Shown: positions 1 to 16,125, counted from the stretch's first letter. The stretch is 64,000 nt of DNA from the human T2T-CHM13v2.0 reference genome, Homo sapiens (GCF_009914755.1 NC_060937.1), one strand, 5' to 3'. The notes: a model not told the origin generated them from the sequence alone. Made by a program: numbers and translations.

Positions 1-282
1 GTGGCTCAGTCCTGTAATCCCAACACTTTGGGAGGCCAAGATGGGTGGATCACTTGAGTCCAGGAGTTCGAGACCAGCATGGCCAACATGGGGAAACCCC
101 GTCTCCACAAAAAATACAAAAATTAGCTGGGTGTGGTGGCAGGCACCTATACTCCCAGCTACTCAAGAGGCTGAGGCATGAGAATCGCTTGAACCCAGGG
201 GGCAGAGGTTTCAGTGAGCCAAGATGTGCCACTGCACTCCAGCTTGGGTGACAAAACAAGACTCTGTCTCAAAAAACAAAAC
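1..282 (+). mobile_element. Alu (AluS-like), cut by window start
   Basis: Dimeric Alu consensus with A-rich linker and A tail. Confidence 0.95.
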
Positions 283-499
283 ACTGCTTTAAAATAGATT
301 CAAAGCAGAGACAAAAGAGAAAATGGCTATATCTTCATTCGATATAGCCAAATTGCTTTCTCAAGTTTTTATTCCAGTTTATACTTTCACAGCTGTGTAG
401 TGTGAGTTGCAGTTATCGCCCATCCTTCCTAACATTTGGACCTGTCAGAATTTAAAAATTTCGCCAGTATGACAGCTGTAAAAGGTTGTCCCATTATGG

Positions 500-818
<319 letters not shown>

Positions 819-884
819 ATACTAGCTTTTTAACTTTCTTATTCTGTACATTTCCTAATTCTATACTTTGCCCATTTCATATTT

Positions 885-1042
885 AAAAAAAAATTTAGAG
901 ACAAGTTCTTGCTCTGTCACCTAGGCTGGAGTGCAGTGGCAGTCACAGCTTACTGCAGCCTCGAACTCCTGACCTTAAGTGATCCTCCCACCTCAGCCTT
1001 ACAAAGTCCTGGGATAATAGGCGTGAACCACTGTGCCCAGCT
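885..1042 (-). mobile_element. Alu monomer (FAM/FLAM-like)
   Basis: Single antisense Alu arm. Confidence 0.85.
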
Positions 1043-1059
1043 ACTTTGCCCAGTTCTTT

Positions 1060-4000
1060 AAGGTGGCTGAAGAAAGTCATATCAGCTGCCAATACCAACT
1101 AGTACAGTCCCTCGCTAATAAATATAAATCACGTGCAAGAATCATGAGGTGTTTGATGAAAATCAAGAATATAAAAGAGAAATGTAAAAATAAATAGAGC
1201 AAACCCTGGGGGGGATGGTAAAAATTATATTATATTTATATACCCAAAAGATATGCTATGCTATCACATCCATAAAATAAGAACAGGCTGCTATGAAAAA
1301 GAAGTAAACAATGAATGAGAAAACATTCTTGGAACTAAGAACATGCAATGCAATAGAATAGCTGATTGGTAGAAGGGTATAGAATTGAAAAACAAATCCA
1401 CAATTTAAAGACCAAGCCATGGAAATCTGGAATGAAGAGTAAAATACAAAGAAAAGCAAAGAACTAATTCACAGAAAAGTTGGAAATATACAGGGTAGAG
1501 CTGGAGAGCCAATATTGATTGAATATAAATGCTTAAAGGAAAAGAAAAAAACAGAGATAACTGATGAGAGAGTAACAAATACATCAACAAATAAAAAGGA
1601 AGCAAAATTCCTAGAGCTGAACATGTCTTCAGATTTAAGTAAACTAATGGTTATTACACAGAGGGAATGCAAAAAGGCCTATTCCAAGATACACTGTGAA
1701 ATTTCTGAACTCTAAAGCGAAATCCCACAAACTTCCATAAAGGGGAAAAATCTAGAGTGGCACCTAAGAACCAGACTGTCAGAGTGGAATCAGGATTAGT
1801 AACTTCACACCAAATGACAGAAGGCAGTGAAACACTGTTTACATAGTTTCTAGGGAAAAAGATTTTTCACCTAGAATTCTATACTTTACCAATTATGCAG
1901 ATGTGAGGGCAAACTAAAATTACCTAAGGACAAAGATGGTGAAGGAGTAGGGGGAAGAGAAAGGAAGATGGAGGAGAAACAGAAAAATGAGAAAACAGTT
2001 GAAAAGTAAGCAGTTGAGCAAAGAAACCAATAAAATACATGGCTAAATCTAAGTAAAGGTTGATAATGTGTCTGTGATGCTTAATATGACTGCTAAAAAT
2101 GTATTCCTGAAGTATTTTGATAGAGGCAAAATGTTTTTTAAAAAATCCAACCATCTGGAAAAATACAACTAAAATTCTTTTATAGACTTTGTTCAAGGAA
2201 AAGGATAGAAATAATGATTAAATCATAATAAAATTTATATGGGTTTGTCATGCCAAACTAATTTAAGTCTCTGGGTTTTCTATAATCACATCATACACAA
2301 ATTAAGATAAACCTGTTTCTTGAATTGTTTATTAAACATTTAATGATGAATATTAGAATAATGGAAGTAGGATGCAACCACCAGAAGGGGGAAAACAGGA
2401 ACAAAAATAATTTGACCAAATCAGCAAAAATCAGGAATGAAAAGGAAAGTATAAACAAATAGTAAACAGAGAATATAAAACAATATAGAAGGAATAAGAG
2501 CAACCAATAATTACAATACATACAAATGTGTTAAATTCTACTACTAAAAAACCAAGACTCTCAAACTCTCAAATTGGGTTCACACACACACACACACACA
2601 CATTTCTGCTCTAAATTCTGCAAGAGCCATAATAGAAACAAAACGACACAAAAATGTTCAGAATAAAAGGATGCATAAATATATATCAAGCAATATTACA
2701 ACATGAATATAAGAAATGCAGAGTTCATGAGAAATTATACACACACACACACAAAGCATTTAATATATGTATTTAGTTGTCATGAAGAGAATATATAGAG
2801 GTTATTATACTACATATACAGTGTATGTAATAGACATAATCATACATATAAAGCCAATTACCCTTGCAAATTTAATACTATTTCATATGTATATTAGGTA
2901 CAATAAAGGCTATATTAAATAGTTTTAATTTGGTGACCTTAATATGCTCTAGGTAGAACAAGGAAGTCATTGCTTGAAAGGAAACAGAGGAACAGGCGGT
3001 GGTTCACGCCTGTAATCCCAGCACTCTGGGAGGCCGAGGTGGGCAGATCACAAGGTCAGGAGTTTGAGACCAGCCTGGCCAACATGGTGAAACCCCATCT
3101 CTACTAAAAATACAAAAAAAAATTAGCTGGGCATGGTGGTGCATGCCAGCAATCCCAGCTACTCAGGAGGCTGAGGCAGGAGAATCACTGGAATCCGGGA
3201 GGCAGAGGTTGCAGTGAGCCGAGATTGTACCACTGTACTTCCAGCCTGGGCGACAGAGCAAGACTCTGTCTCAAAAAAAACAAAAACAAAACAAAACAAA
3301 AAACAGAGGAGTCTGGTAGGGAAAGAGATAAAAGATAGCTACTGACAGAAATGAGAACAGGAGCTACTGGGAAAGTGATCTACATTATTTTCAGTTTAAA
3401 TATGTTCAATACAGACCCTAAGTAAAATTCTGGCCAATAAAAATCAAAAGCTGTGTTTACAAAACAAAATACCAAATCAGGTTTTTAATAATAGAAAATT
3501 GATGAATATAATAAATTATATCAATAAGTCAAATAAAAATTATCTCAGTGGCATCTGAAAAAGTTATCTAATAAAATTAAAACCAAGAGAGATACAAATC
3601 TTAGCTCAATTTACAAAAAAATGGTTAATGGAGGCATACTTACTAAAAGGAGGTATAAAACAAAGGTCATCACAATCACGCTATCATTACCATATGTTGT
3701 GATCAATGCACTAAAATATAAAACATAAATAAATGCTACAAAATTTGGGAAGGATGTGACAAAATTGTAATTAACAGACAATATGATTATATACCTAAAA
3801 ATATGAACAACTGAAATTAGTAGAAATTAGGTTAAGTAGTCAAATACATGATAAATATACATACAGCTTTCACATATAAGAAATTGCCAGTCAGAAAACA
3901 TAATGAAAAGCATATTTTGATCATACTGCCAACTAAATATGTACAAAATCTATACCAGATCTGTATTTTAAAAAACTACAAAACCTTAATTTCGAAAATA

Positions 4001-5760
4001 GGATAATTACTCTTCCTGAAATAGAAAACTAACAAATAAAACAGAGAAATAGAAGATGTACTTATAGATGTATGTGTCTATTTATCTATTCATCCCTTCA
4101 GCTAGCCATCCTTTTAATCTTATAGTCACAGAATGATTCTAGAATGTGGCTTAGCTAATCTTAATGACATTATCTAAATTATGAGATTTGTGATGGTTTA
4201 ACTTTCTTCATGTAGGTATTTTTCTGCATTATTTATAATGAGCACATTTCTTTTTTCTGAAATAATAAAGAGACTGTGGAGAAAACCTACATAATTAAGA
4301 TAGGAAAGATTTGAGGTTAAAAAAAACACTCTATTTTGTTCTTGAATAGACAGAATAAATATTATTTAAATGTCAGTTATTCTTAAAGTCCACAGTTTGA
4401 TACAGTTCCAATCAAATGTCCAAAAAAATTTTTTTGGTATCTAAATTTAGTCAAGAATACTAAATAAGCAAGAATAACAAATTTTAAAAAGGAAAATTAG
4501 GAGGAAATGAAATGAAAAGTGTTATAAAGTACTGTAACACAGTAATAGCACAAGAAACAAACACATCAATGAACAACACAGCTCAGATATAGATGTTAAT
4601 ATAAGTGACTTTCAAATTTCTGGATGTGAAATAGTTTCTGTAATTTTATAAGTGATAAAATAAATTTCAAAGAAAAAGACCAACAAATCAAAGTTAATAC
4701 GAATATGCCACAAACACAAAAATTTGAATTTCTATAGATAAATAATAAAAAAAATTATAGGCAAACAACAAACTAGAGAATTCTGTGATATGAATCTGAA
4801 AGATGGAGGGCTAATATCATTACAAAAGATCTCTTTAAGACAATTAAGAAAATCATTAAGGAAACATACAGATAAGTGAAAACCATAAATGAGGAATTAC
4901 AGTTAATGAACATATTAGTAAATGTTTAACCATTCTCTATAATAAAAAAAAATGCAAACTCAAAGTGAAAGACTATTTTGTCCATTATGTTACTAAGTTT
5001 TTTGTTGTTTTGACAAACTCAATTCTATTGATGGTATTTTGCAACAGGCTCTCATTTCTTACTGGTGCAGATATAAATTAGACAATAATTTGACAAATAT
5101 GAATCTAGAACCTTAAAATGTTCACAACCTCTGGCTTTATAGTAATTCCATTTCTGGTAATCTGTCCTAGGAAAATAAACTAAAATAAAGGATTATCTTT
5201 ACATGCAAAAATGTTTACTGCAATTTTTTATCATAAAAAACTGAGAAATATCTAATCTAACAGAGGGAAATAATTAAATTGTGATATACCCAGTTGATGG
5301 AACATTAGCATATGTCACAGATTTTTTAAACTTTTAAACTTTTTACAATTATTTTACATTTTAACATTTTCAAAGCTTAGGTGTGTCTTACAATTGTTGG
5401 TGCCTTACACTAACAGGCAGATTCTTTTCTTTCTCGGTTGTACATAAAGTAACCATATGTCTTAAAACCAGCGACTTATTAAATTTGATGAAATATGTCT
5501 AGGAAAATATTTCCAAAGAATGTGAAATAGAATGGAAATGTTAATGTTAAAAACAACATCCCAAATTACAGAGCATAACTACAACTATGTAAAGCAAACA
5601 AAAACACAAACACACAAAACCTATGTATAGAAAAAATAATTTTGAAATGTTAACGGTGATTGCCTCTGAGTAATGTAGTTTGCTTGTGGATGCTTAATTT
5701 CCTTCTTTCTTCAAATGTTCTGTTTTTTCTGAAGCTTGTATAATAGATCATGCAAATGCT
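1060..5760 (+). mobile_element. Old, fragmented L1 (L1M-type): ORF1, ORF2 and 3' remnants, interrupted by Alu and (CA)n
   Basis: A-rich strand; ORF1-end motif 'cctagaattctatac' near 1870; RT-like remnant 'gacaatatgattatatacctaaaa' near 3780; 3'-end motifs near 5100-5300. Confidence 0.65.
2993..3305 (+). mobile_element. Alu (AluS)
   Basis: Full dimer with (CAAAA)n tail. Confidence 0.95.
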
Positions 5761-5849
5761 TTTATAGTAGAAATGTCTCTCTTAAATGGTATTTTGAATG
5801 AATAAACAAATAACCTTTTTTTTTTAAGTTCAAACTGTGGAATATCTGA

Positions 5850-6162
<313 letters not shown>

Positions 6163-6613
6163 TGTCATGTCTTTTCAAAGCATTATTCAAACATGATTTC
6201 TTTGGCTATAAAGTTTCATAAAGAGTAGTACTTGGCTCAGATTCTGGAGAGAAAGCCAAAAAAGATCATCCAACTCTGCTCCCAGGGAACTCACACCCTG
6301 TAGATTTTGTAGTAGATTTTGGCAGCATTCTCTTTCCTAATACACAGTAAAATATTTCATATTCCTAACTTGTGTGTGAGCACCATTGAAGATGGCCCAA
6401 AATCAACCACCCAATTGAGTCATCTGAATATGTTCAGTGACATAAATGGAAAGGAGAGTTGGCAGGGGGCAGGGGGGTAGGAGAGGACCTAGGGGAAGAG
6501 GGGAATAGCCACTTGGAGCATTAAATGCCCTTGTTGTTATCCCACTTAAAATATTTCAAAGGGAAAAATGTCTAATATCTAATCTCTAACTATGCTATTC
6601 AATAATAATTTGA

Positions 6614-6750
6614 GGCCAGGTGCGGTAGCTCACACCTGTAATCCTAACACTTTGGGAGGTCAAGGCTGCAGTGAGCCATGTTTGTGCCACTGCACTCCAG
6701 CCTGGGCAACACAGTGAGACTCTGTCTCAAAAAAAAAAAAAAAAAAAAAA
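6614..6750 (+). mobile_element. Internally deleted Alu (start of left arm fused to end of right arm)
   Basis: 'ttgggaggtcaaggctgcagtgag' junction followed by poly-A. Confidence 0.85.
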
Positions 6751-7068
6751 ACTTAAAAAAATAACATTTTGAATGTCAAAGTTTTCCCAGGAAAACTGAA
6801 GGGAGTGGGAAATTTATATCTGAAGCCAAAAGAGATGTCTCAACATTTCCAGAGGTATAACCAAACTGCTAACTCATTTTAAGAAAGACAACTAAAAAAT
6901 GAACCTTCTTTTCCTCACATAAGTTTATTTTACAATCAACAATGAGTTAGACAGGAACATTTCCAAAATGATTTCTTAAGAGCTTGTTAATTTAACTTAA
7001 GGCACAGGCACCTTCTGTTAAACTAAAAAAATTAAAATAAACCTACCACCACATAAAAAAAAATTTCA

Positions 7069-7379
<311 letters not shown>

Positions 7380-10300
7380 TCAGGGATGCTATTCCTTTAC
7401 CTGTATTCCAAATAGGATTCACAGATAGAAAGAAATGAAATCAAATGTACATGGCAAAAAATTGTGCCTGTAAGATTCATTTTTTAAAATTAAATGGGAT
7501 GGAGGTTACATGAGTACATACATATGTCAATACTAATTGAACCATTCTCCTAAAATGGGTGCATTTGATTATATGAAAATCTTAAAACAAAAAAGTGCAC
7601 CTTAAAGTTCTACTGTATTTGCTACTGTATCCAAGAAGACTCTCCCCCAAAAAACATAATTTAGAATTGCCTTCACAGAGATGGTTAAGTTACAAAGCAT
7701 ATCATTATATATGTAATAATACCATATCATTATGAACCATATTATATATGTCAAAGAATCTTCCAATCAGTATCTTCTATGCTTCAATTTTTCCATTTTA
7801 AAATATGCATCCTAAATGTAATTACAAAGCACCACAACTGAATTTTGTACTTGAAAACCTATAGATATGAGTGAAACAATAAAGTATAAATAACAACTTT
7901 CACTGATAATCCCTTTTTCAGTTAAAAATGACTAAGAATAACTTGTTTTTATAAGTTTTATTAACCAAATTTGAGGGAGAGGCACTTTCTAAAAATGGGC
8001 AATTTACACAGAAATGGAAAAGTTGTGAGGAGCTTTTTATGAGTCCCATTCATCTGGAAGCCTCAGTCAGACTTACATCAGAAGAAAAACTCTTTTATAA
8101 GAGAAACTCATGTCCCTTGTTAATTACTCTTTATTTCTAATGTACAGTAACACTGAAATACATTTTTAAAAATAATTAACATATAAAGTTAGGAATATAT
8201 ACAACTACTACTACATTTATTATCTAAGGATCCTACTAGGCTATTGCAGTTCCAGAAAAAAAAACTAGTAACTTTATTCATTACGTTCACACTGATGTTT
8301 CTGTTGACAGCTCCAGTCATTTGTCAGAGCTAAAATTTTCCACCTTTATTAGCTATTAATAATTGTCAATGATTGAAAATTTTATATTAGAATTTTACAA
8401 TCTCAACTTATAGCAGCGATCTGAACCAAAGTCAGTATTCTCAAAAACTGGTAACTATCATTAAAGCATTAGATCTTACTGAAATTAACAAATGGTTACT
8501 CTTTAAAAAACAGAATTATCAAGGGAGACTCATAATTCAGTTTTCATTCTTTCTTGTAAGCACATACATATTACACATAACAAATTTTGGTTAGTTACTG
8601 TTATTGATATTAAGACATGGTTTATACAAATAGTGTGAAATACAACTATTTCATAGCTTCAGTAAGCCCTGTGCCTGTCTATGACCTGTCAATCTATAAA
8701 AACATTAACATGAGAGAATAGAGATGAAAGTGATTTTGCTAAAGTTATCTGTTATCCCCAAGCTGTTCAAAGTTGATTCGGTTTTTCTGGCTGAGTAATT
8801 TGATATAATCTTTCATCCTTCCAAAGTTGGAAGGGACTATATGAGTTTCTGCTAGAAGTTTGAGACATTTAAGTCACAAAACTGCAAAGTATGTTATCTC
8901 ACTTATAAGCAGTAAAGATCTCTGTTTAAACTAATTAATTAGTGAAATACCAACTTTGACTATAATTAATAGACATGCTAATATAGTTTTAATAGATTTT
9001 TCTTTGTTATGTGACTATCAGCTAAATATAATCTTTAAGCCACATTACGAATATATATGTGCATGTAAACACAGTCATATATATATCCCAGAAATGGAAA
9101 ATTGTCCAAATCTACCTGTATCCATTCAGTAAATACTTGTTAAGAACCTATTATATACCATTTAGGACCACTCAAAATCATTACTTTTTACATAAGATTT
9201 ACAATAGACTAAAGAAAGTATTTCTTGATCAAATGCAAGAGTTTTTACGCCATTACAAATCATCCAAGATAACCAAAACCTGCATCTACTGTATTGTTTA
9301 TTTCATTATTATTTCATTACATATGCATATTGCATTACTGACTTTTAAATTTCATATACTGGCAATTCACAGAGACTTTCAGGACCAGTAAAGTTAACTT
9401 GGATAGACCCAAGACAAGTTTTCCAAATAAGTCACATTTCTTCATATGGGTCCTAGTAAACATTTGCAAATACATAATCCTTCTGAGTTAAAGTTGACAC
9501 CTGACTTTAGAATGTCCCATGTACTCAAGATACCTAACCTTGTAAATTGCCTCCCCTCAGCACCATTCCTACTCATTCAAGGCAGCAACCAAGTTATACC
9601 ATGGTCTTTTCTTGTTCTCTTCAGAGTTAGACCTATTCTATCTTACTTTTGCTTTGTTCACATCTCACAATTCAGTCAATTCTTTTCAGGCCATCTCTTT
9701 CTCATAAGGAAAAACGTGTGCCCCTAAGCCTCTTTCCTTTATTGGATATCTTGGAAAATAACCCATTTCAATTTTTGTGAACCAAAGAAACAGTTTAGTC
9801 CTCATGCAATAACTATTATCAGGTACCTACTATGTGCCACACACTGGGCTAGACCCTTAGGAATGGCTAAGTACAAACTCAATGGCCAGAAATATTCTTG
9901 TAGCAAGAAAAAGAGAAATCACTGATTTCAATGTCAGATTAGATCTCAAAAACAGTGCAATCAACCTTGAAAGCTCATGAAAGCACCCAGAAAACCCATA
10001 AGCATCCTTCCAAATACCTATCCACCTATTAAACTTGCTTTTCTTTAAGCATTCATATTTAGAATAAAAATAATATCTTATCCAACATAATTATTTTATA
10101 TTTAGTTTCGTCATTGGAATTGACTTTCTTATATTTTTCAAGGTAGCAATGGTTTTTCTACAGCATGGGTAAAATACATGCTTAGACTATAATAAACGCC
10201 CAACAGTCACTTGATAAACTGTTTCCCAGGGAAAATGGGTTCTAAATTTCCAACAACCCATTCACAAGTAAACTTCTCAAATACAAAGTGTTTGTAAATT

Positions 10301-11077
10301 GGGAATGCATTATTCTTTATTTCTATATTTACATTCCTATGGGCCTGGGAAATGGTACCATCACTAAGGTAACACAGTGAATGATTAGTTTAAAATAAAA
10401 AATTATTCTGAAGAGTGTGAAGCTGTATGCAAATAATTTTCCACCAGTCTAAGAAGGACTGAGCATGGGAAAATCTATAAAGAAGTAAAAGTAAGTTTGT
10501 GATATTATCTCTATGATGTTTACTTTTAAGTGCAAGATACTAACTAGCCCAGAAAAGGTTCCCACAGACCAGTTGAGCTGCTTCTTATACATAGGTCAAC
10601 AGTCTAAAAAAAAAATTAAAACCTGCAAAATCCCACAAAACAAAACCTGTTTTACAGGCTTCTGTACACGTAGAGGAAATGTTAGAGAAATTACAGCCAT
10701 TTTATGGTCTATCTAGGGTACAAGCCCTTCTAATGTGTTTACTGATACTCTGCAGAAGTTTTCATTTCAGTTGTTTTGCCTTAAAGGATTCACTTGAATC
10801 AATAACTAAAGACATATATATTTTTTGAGGCTAGCAGAGGGTAGATTAGAAACTCTGCTTAGAGTGGTGTATCCTCATGCAGTGACTCAATTTCACAGTT
10901 AACAACATACACTTTCTTCCTCCTACAGAACAATGATTACATGCCTCCCTCCATGCCTTTAAAAAGATATATATAATTGGCATACACTCTCCTATTTTAA
11001 GATTATACAAAAAAAGTTTTATTGGAATGTGAATAGATATTTTTAAGAGTTTATTTTTCTTTGCTCTATTGCTTATA

Positions 11078-11083
11078 CAAACA

Positions 11084-11118
<35 letters not shown>
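11078..11118. repeat. (CA)n microsatellite
   Basis: Direct reading. Confidence 0.97.
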
Positions 11119-11120
<2 letters not shown>

Positions 11121-11771
11121 TTATATTAGCTCTTCAACAGAATAAGATTATATGAGAGGAAAGCTTGGTATAAACTGTAAGAACAAAATAACTGCTTTAT
11201 TCCTTACTTAGAAACCCAAATGCATTCATTCATTTTACATAAAGTAGGAAAAATCAGGTGTCACTTATTGGGTCTAAAAGAAGCAGTCAACATTTAAATT
11301 ATATATCCTTTGAAGTAACAGTATCAACATTTTTATTTAAATTATGAGAGAATGCTGTAATTTATAATACAAAACAGTGATAATTCAAAATTTACTAACA
11401 ATAGACAGAAAGAGATAACTTTCTAATTTTCATGCAGTTGAAAGAGAAACATGAAAAAAGGTATACTGTACTGCCACTATTTTATTTTTGGAAACTCTTT
11501 GTAAATAAAAACCCATTTCCAAAATAAGATATTCCATGAACACAGAATAGTTGGTAATGGTTCAAGTGCCTTAGGCAACAGAGAAGTATTGTTTTGTAGT
11601 TTTTTTAAACCTCTCCTAGTAACAGCAATTCATTATGCACAAAGAAACAAGGTAACAGCATGGTTTATAATGCATATATAAGTAATAACTGCAGAACCTC
11701 AATTAAAACTAAAGTTTACCATATTCCTTCCATTTCTATAAACCAGTATAGATAACCTTGTTGATACTCAC

Positions 11772-12240
11772 CAAATGTTACAGAAATGCCTAGGCTTTTC
11801 TAAGCAACAAAATGTAGACACATGGTGAGGTGCTGAAGACAGCTCTTTCTTGAGCTCAAAGCACTTTAGATGAAGTAGCCTTTATCGTCCATTTAATAGA
11901 GGTTGCCTCCTATTACCAAGCGTGGCAGAGAAAAGAGTTTCCACAATTAGGTCTTGACTTTCTGTCCCTCTTTTTGAAGAGTAACAGTTACCACTGGAAA
12001 ACGTTACCAGAAAATGATCACTTGAACACTCACATAGGGCAGCTGTAAATTTCCACTCTCTTTGCTTGCTCTCAGATTCCAAGCCTTGCTTGTCTCTTAA
12101 TCTGTCACAGGCAGTTCTGTTTCTGGTCAAACCAGCTTGCTTATGCGTTCTCCACTCCCTCTCTAACACTTGCTTTCAGATACGTACCACAGTCACAGCT
12201 CCCTCTTTTACTTCCTCCCTCCTCAGTCCTGTAACGTCAC
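11772..12240 (-). other. CAB39L: Candidate alternative first (5'UTR) exon of CAB39L
   Basis: Unique non-repeat sequence; strong donor TTG|GTGAGT after 11772; second donor GTG|GTACGT after 12188; CRE-like GTGACGTTAC (12231-12240) and GGAAGT ETS core at the 5' end; TSS position is inferred. Confidence 0.6.
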
Positions 12241-13839
12241 AAGAATGCGTGTAAAGCTGAGGCAAAATAAATTCTTGGGCCAAAAAAGAAAAAAGTCTAG
12301 AGATAAACAAAATTTTTTCTCATCACTTTTTTCTGTCTTAAGTCTTATACTTGTTCATGCATGGGGTTTTGTCAACTGATTAAACTGGCTGGACCACCTT
12401 GTTTAAAAATGTAAATAAAGGTTATTTTTAAAAAAGTCATGTTGATAGTAATAATAACAGATTCACCTGCTAATATGCTAGCTCCTGAAGGAAGATGCTA
12501 TTCCCAACCATAAGAAAGTGGAGCAAGTAAACACACAAGTACTTGTATTAGAAACTTAATCTTAACATTTAAAAAGCAAGGAAGGTTTTAGAGTACTTAT
12601 AATTTAAACTGTGCAATTTTATGAAAAAAATGTATTTCTTAATACGGTATATTTTGAAACTTGGACCAAAATTTGCAGTTATAAAAGGGAAAATTATAAA
12701 GAACATAGAAAAATATTGACACCAAAAACAAAAGAGCAGTTTAATCATGTATGTGCAAACCAAATGTAATTATTGCTGTTGGAAAGAAGGTTTTTTTTCC
12801 CCCTAAACATTACCGGTCAGAATGCATAACACCTCTTATAAGAATTACAAAGTCTAAAGGCTACAAAAAATTATTAAAGTGATTATACACATACAATGAT
12901 AGAGTAAAGTATCTTAAAATTACGAAACTCTCTGTAAGGTTTGGGGATGAGGAATTAGGTAGAAAGCTGAGTGGGCTCGTGGTTGGCAGGTTTAGATGGC
13001 ATTTGTAGGATTCTTTGGAATTAGGAGGCAATGTATGCAGCTTGGAATACGTGCTGGCTCTGTATGAATGCTAGTCAGATCCTGCTTTGGAGTTCTGTTC
13101 CAGTTCCTTAGCCCAGAACACTTTTAGGTTCTCCATCTCCCACTATGTCCCCAGTCAAAAGTCTTGGGCCCTTCTACTGACGGATCTTCCAAGTACAGAA
13201 GGAACAGAAGTAGTTATTAGACCTATTATTAAGTAACACATTCTTATTCTCTGCAGAATTAAAATCTCTCTAAGAATATAAGCTTAAGTAAGGTGAAAGG
13301 TAAACATCTATAAACAGTTGTTTATATCCTTTAAGAAAAATAAGTCAGTAAAAGTCGGCCTTAAAATATAGGTGTTTTGATCTCGTTTATTTAAAGTAGA
13401 ATTAAAATGTAACTATATTATACAGTTATTTGGTTATTTCTTAGCACCTATTAAATAGGTATCAAAGACGACTAGAGATTAGTCTGCCAATTTTTCTTTC
13501 AATTAGTAGTTTTATAATTTTTAGAGTTTTATTTCTCCTTTTTAAAGAGATGTTAAATGGAAATAATTCTAAATCACTGAGGGTATGAAGTGTCTAGTAC
13601 CTTAGGTTATACTCCGAGAGTTGTAGTATAATTAAAGAAATTCAGAATTTATAAAAGTGGTTCTTAGGATAACTGCAAGGTTAATTTAAAACTGGGAGAC
13701 TGTATATCAATCTATAGTGGATTCAAAGGCACAAAGTCAAGTCAAGGACTTTAAAACATATAATTACTAAGATTATTTATGATTGTTTGTATATTTAATT
13801 CCTATTAAATACCATTCCATTTTCCAACAGCAAGAGTGC

Positions 13840-14640
13840 AGAAATCTCATAATATACAGGAAACTGGGTTGAGTATTCACAAGGATATTGCCTCAGTAGC
13901 GGAACCAAATTAGTTTTAGATTAAAGGTTGTTCTGGTCCCTCTTAATAGAGATTAAAAGTAAGCCCTGAAAGGATCGAATTACTTCCAAATAACTGCAAC
14001 CCAGAGTAAAATTTTAAAATATTTATATAAATTTTTTAAAATCTAGCACACAATAACGTAAAATTCACAATATCTGACATCCAGTCAAAAATCACCAGGC
14101 ATGCAAAGAAGCAGGAAAACATAATGCATAAGGAGAAAATCGATCATTAGAAAAAGACTCAGAAATGACACAAATAATAGAATTAGTATACAAAGACATT
14201 AAAACTATTAAAAATATCTTCCATAGGTTCAAGAAGGTATTAGAAAGATAAGAATGTTAAGGAGAGACATGGCAGATATAAAAAAGATCTACATCAGATT
14301 TCTAAGAATTAAAATTACAATTTCTGAGAAAACATTTATACTGTTTCATGGAATGAAGTGTTGCCTAACTCTAGAATCACAAATAAGGCCAACTAAGATC
14401 TTTAAACAACAGCAACAACAAAAAAAAAACCCTATAAACTCTGGAATGAAAATTACACCAAATGAGATGAATAGCAGACTGCACACCGCAGAAGAAATGA
14501 TTAGTAAACCTGGAGACACAGTGACAGAACTTATCAAAATAAAGCATTGAGAGAAAAAAAGTTTAAAAAAATAAAAATGAACAGAGAATCCCTGAACTAT
14601 GGGGAAACTTAAAAGAACCTAATGTATACTATATATACTA
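13840..14640 (+). mobile_element. Old L1 (L1M) 5'/ORF1 fragment
   Basis: ORF track 14254-14550 has L1 ORF1-like 'NSRLHTAEEMIS'. Confidence 0.75.
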
Positions 14641-16125
14641 TATTTAGTCTTTGGACCTTGAATAAACATCAGCAGTAGCCAAGAAATAGTTGTTACAGGC
14701 CTTGGGCATAACCCAGTACTGTGCTGGCTTCAGGTGTGACCCAGCATTGACGCAGTATAGTCCTAGCAGTGGTGGTCACAAGAGGGCTTGCACCATCCCT
14801 CCCCGAACTGTAGGCAGCTCAGCAAGGAGAGACAGAGAAAGACTCAGTAAGGGAAGAGAACACGAGACTGTCTGGTAATCCAGGGAATTCTCCTGGATCT
14901 TACCCAAGACCACCAAGGCAGTATCTCCTCAAGTCTGCAAGTCACAACATTACTGGGCTTTGAATATCGCCTAATGCAAATTTGGCTGCAGTGACCAAAG
15001 ACTTAGATCACAACACTCAATTCCCTTTGAATATCTGGAAAGCCTTCTCAAAAAGGACAGATACATTCATCCTTGAGAGGTCTGGAAAAAAAAAAAAAGA
15101 CAAGTACAAATAAGCTCGAAGTGTGAAGATTAGAATAAATACCTAACTCTTCAATGCCCAGACAATGACAAACATCCAGAAGCATCAAGACCATCCAGGA
15201 AATTATGACCTCACCAAACCAACTAAATAAGGAACCAGTGACCAATTCTGGAATGACAGAGATATGCGACCTTTAAGAGAATTCAAAATAGCTGTTTTGA
15301 GGAAGCTCAAAGAAATCCAGGATAATACATAGAAGGAATTCAGAATCTTATCAGATAATATAACAAAGAGACTGAAATAATTAAGAATCAAGCAGAAATT
15401 CTGGAGCTGAAAAATTTAATTGACAAACTGAAAAATGCATCAGAGTTTCTCAAAAGCAGAATTGATCAAGCAGCAGAAAGAATTAGTGAGCTTGAAGACA
15501 GACTATCTGAAATACACAGAGCAGTCAAAAGAAAAAAGAATAAAAATAATGTAGCATGCCTACAGGATCTAGAAAATAGCCTCAAAATGGCAAATCTAAG
15601 AGTCATTGGCCTTAAAAAGGAGGTAGAGAGAGAGATCGGGGTAGAGAGTTTATTCAAAGAGATAGCAGAGAACTTCCCAAATGTAGAGAAAGATATCAAT
15701 ATTCAAGTATGAGAAGGTTATAGAACACTAAGCAGATTTTACCCCCAAAAAACTACCTCAGGACATCTAATACTCAAACAATGAAAGGTCAAGGATAAAG
15801 AAAGATCCTAAAAGCAGCAAGAGAAAAGAAAAGAATAACATATAAAGGAGCCCCAACACATCTGGCAACAGATTTCTCAGTGGAAACATCACAGGCCAGG
15901 AAAGAGCAGTAAGACATATTTGAAGGTCTGAAAGAAAAAAACCTTTTATCCTGAAATATTATATCCAGTGAAAATATCCTTCAAACATGAAGGAGAAATA
16001 AAGACATTCCCAGACAAACAAAAGCTGAGGGATTTCATCAACCCAGACCTGTCCTACAAGAAATGCTAAAGGGAGTTCTTCAGTCTGAAAGAAAAGGACA
16101 TTAAGGTACAATAAGAATCATCTGG
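14640..16125 (+). mobile_element. L1 (L1MA/L1PB-like) 5'UTR and decayed ORF1
   Basis: ORF1p-like codons ('gcagaattgatcaagcagcagaaagaattagtgagcttgaagac', 'cccagacaaacaaaagctgagggatttcatca'). Confidence 0.9.
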
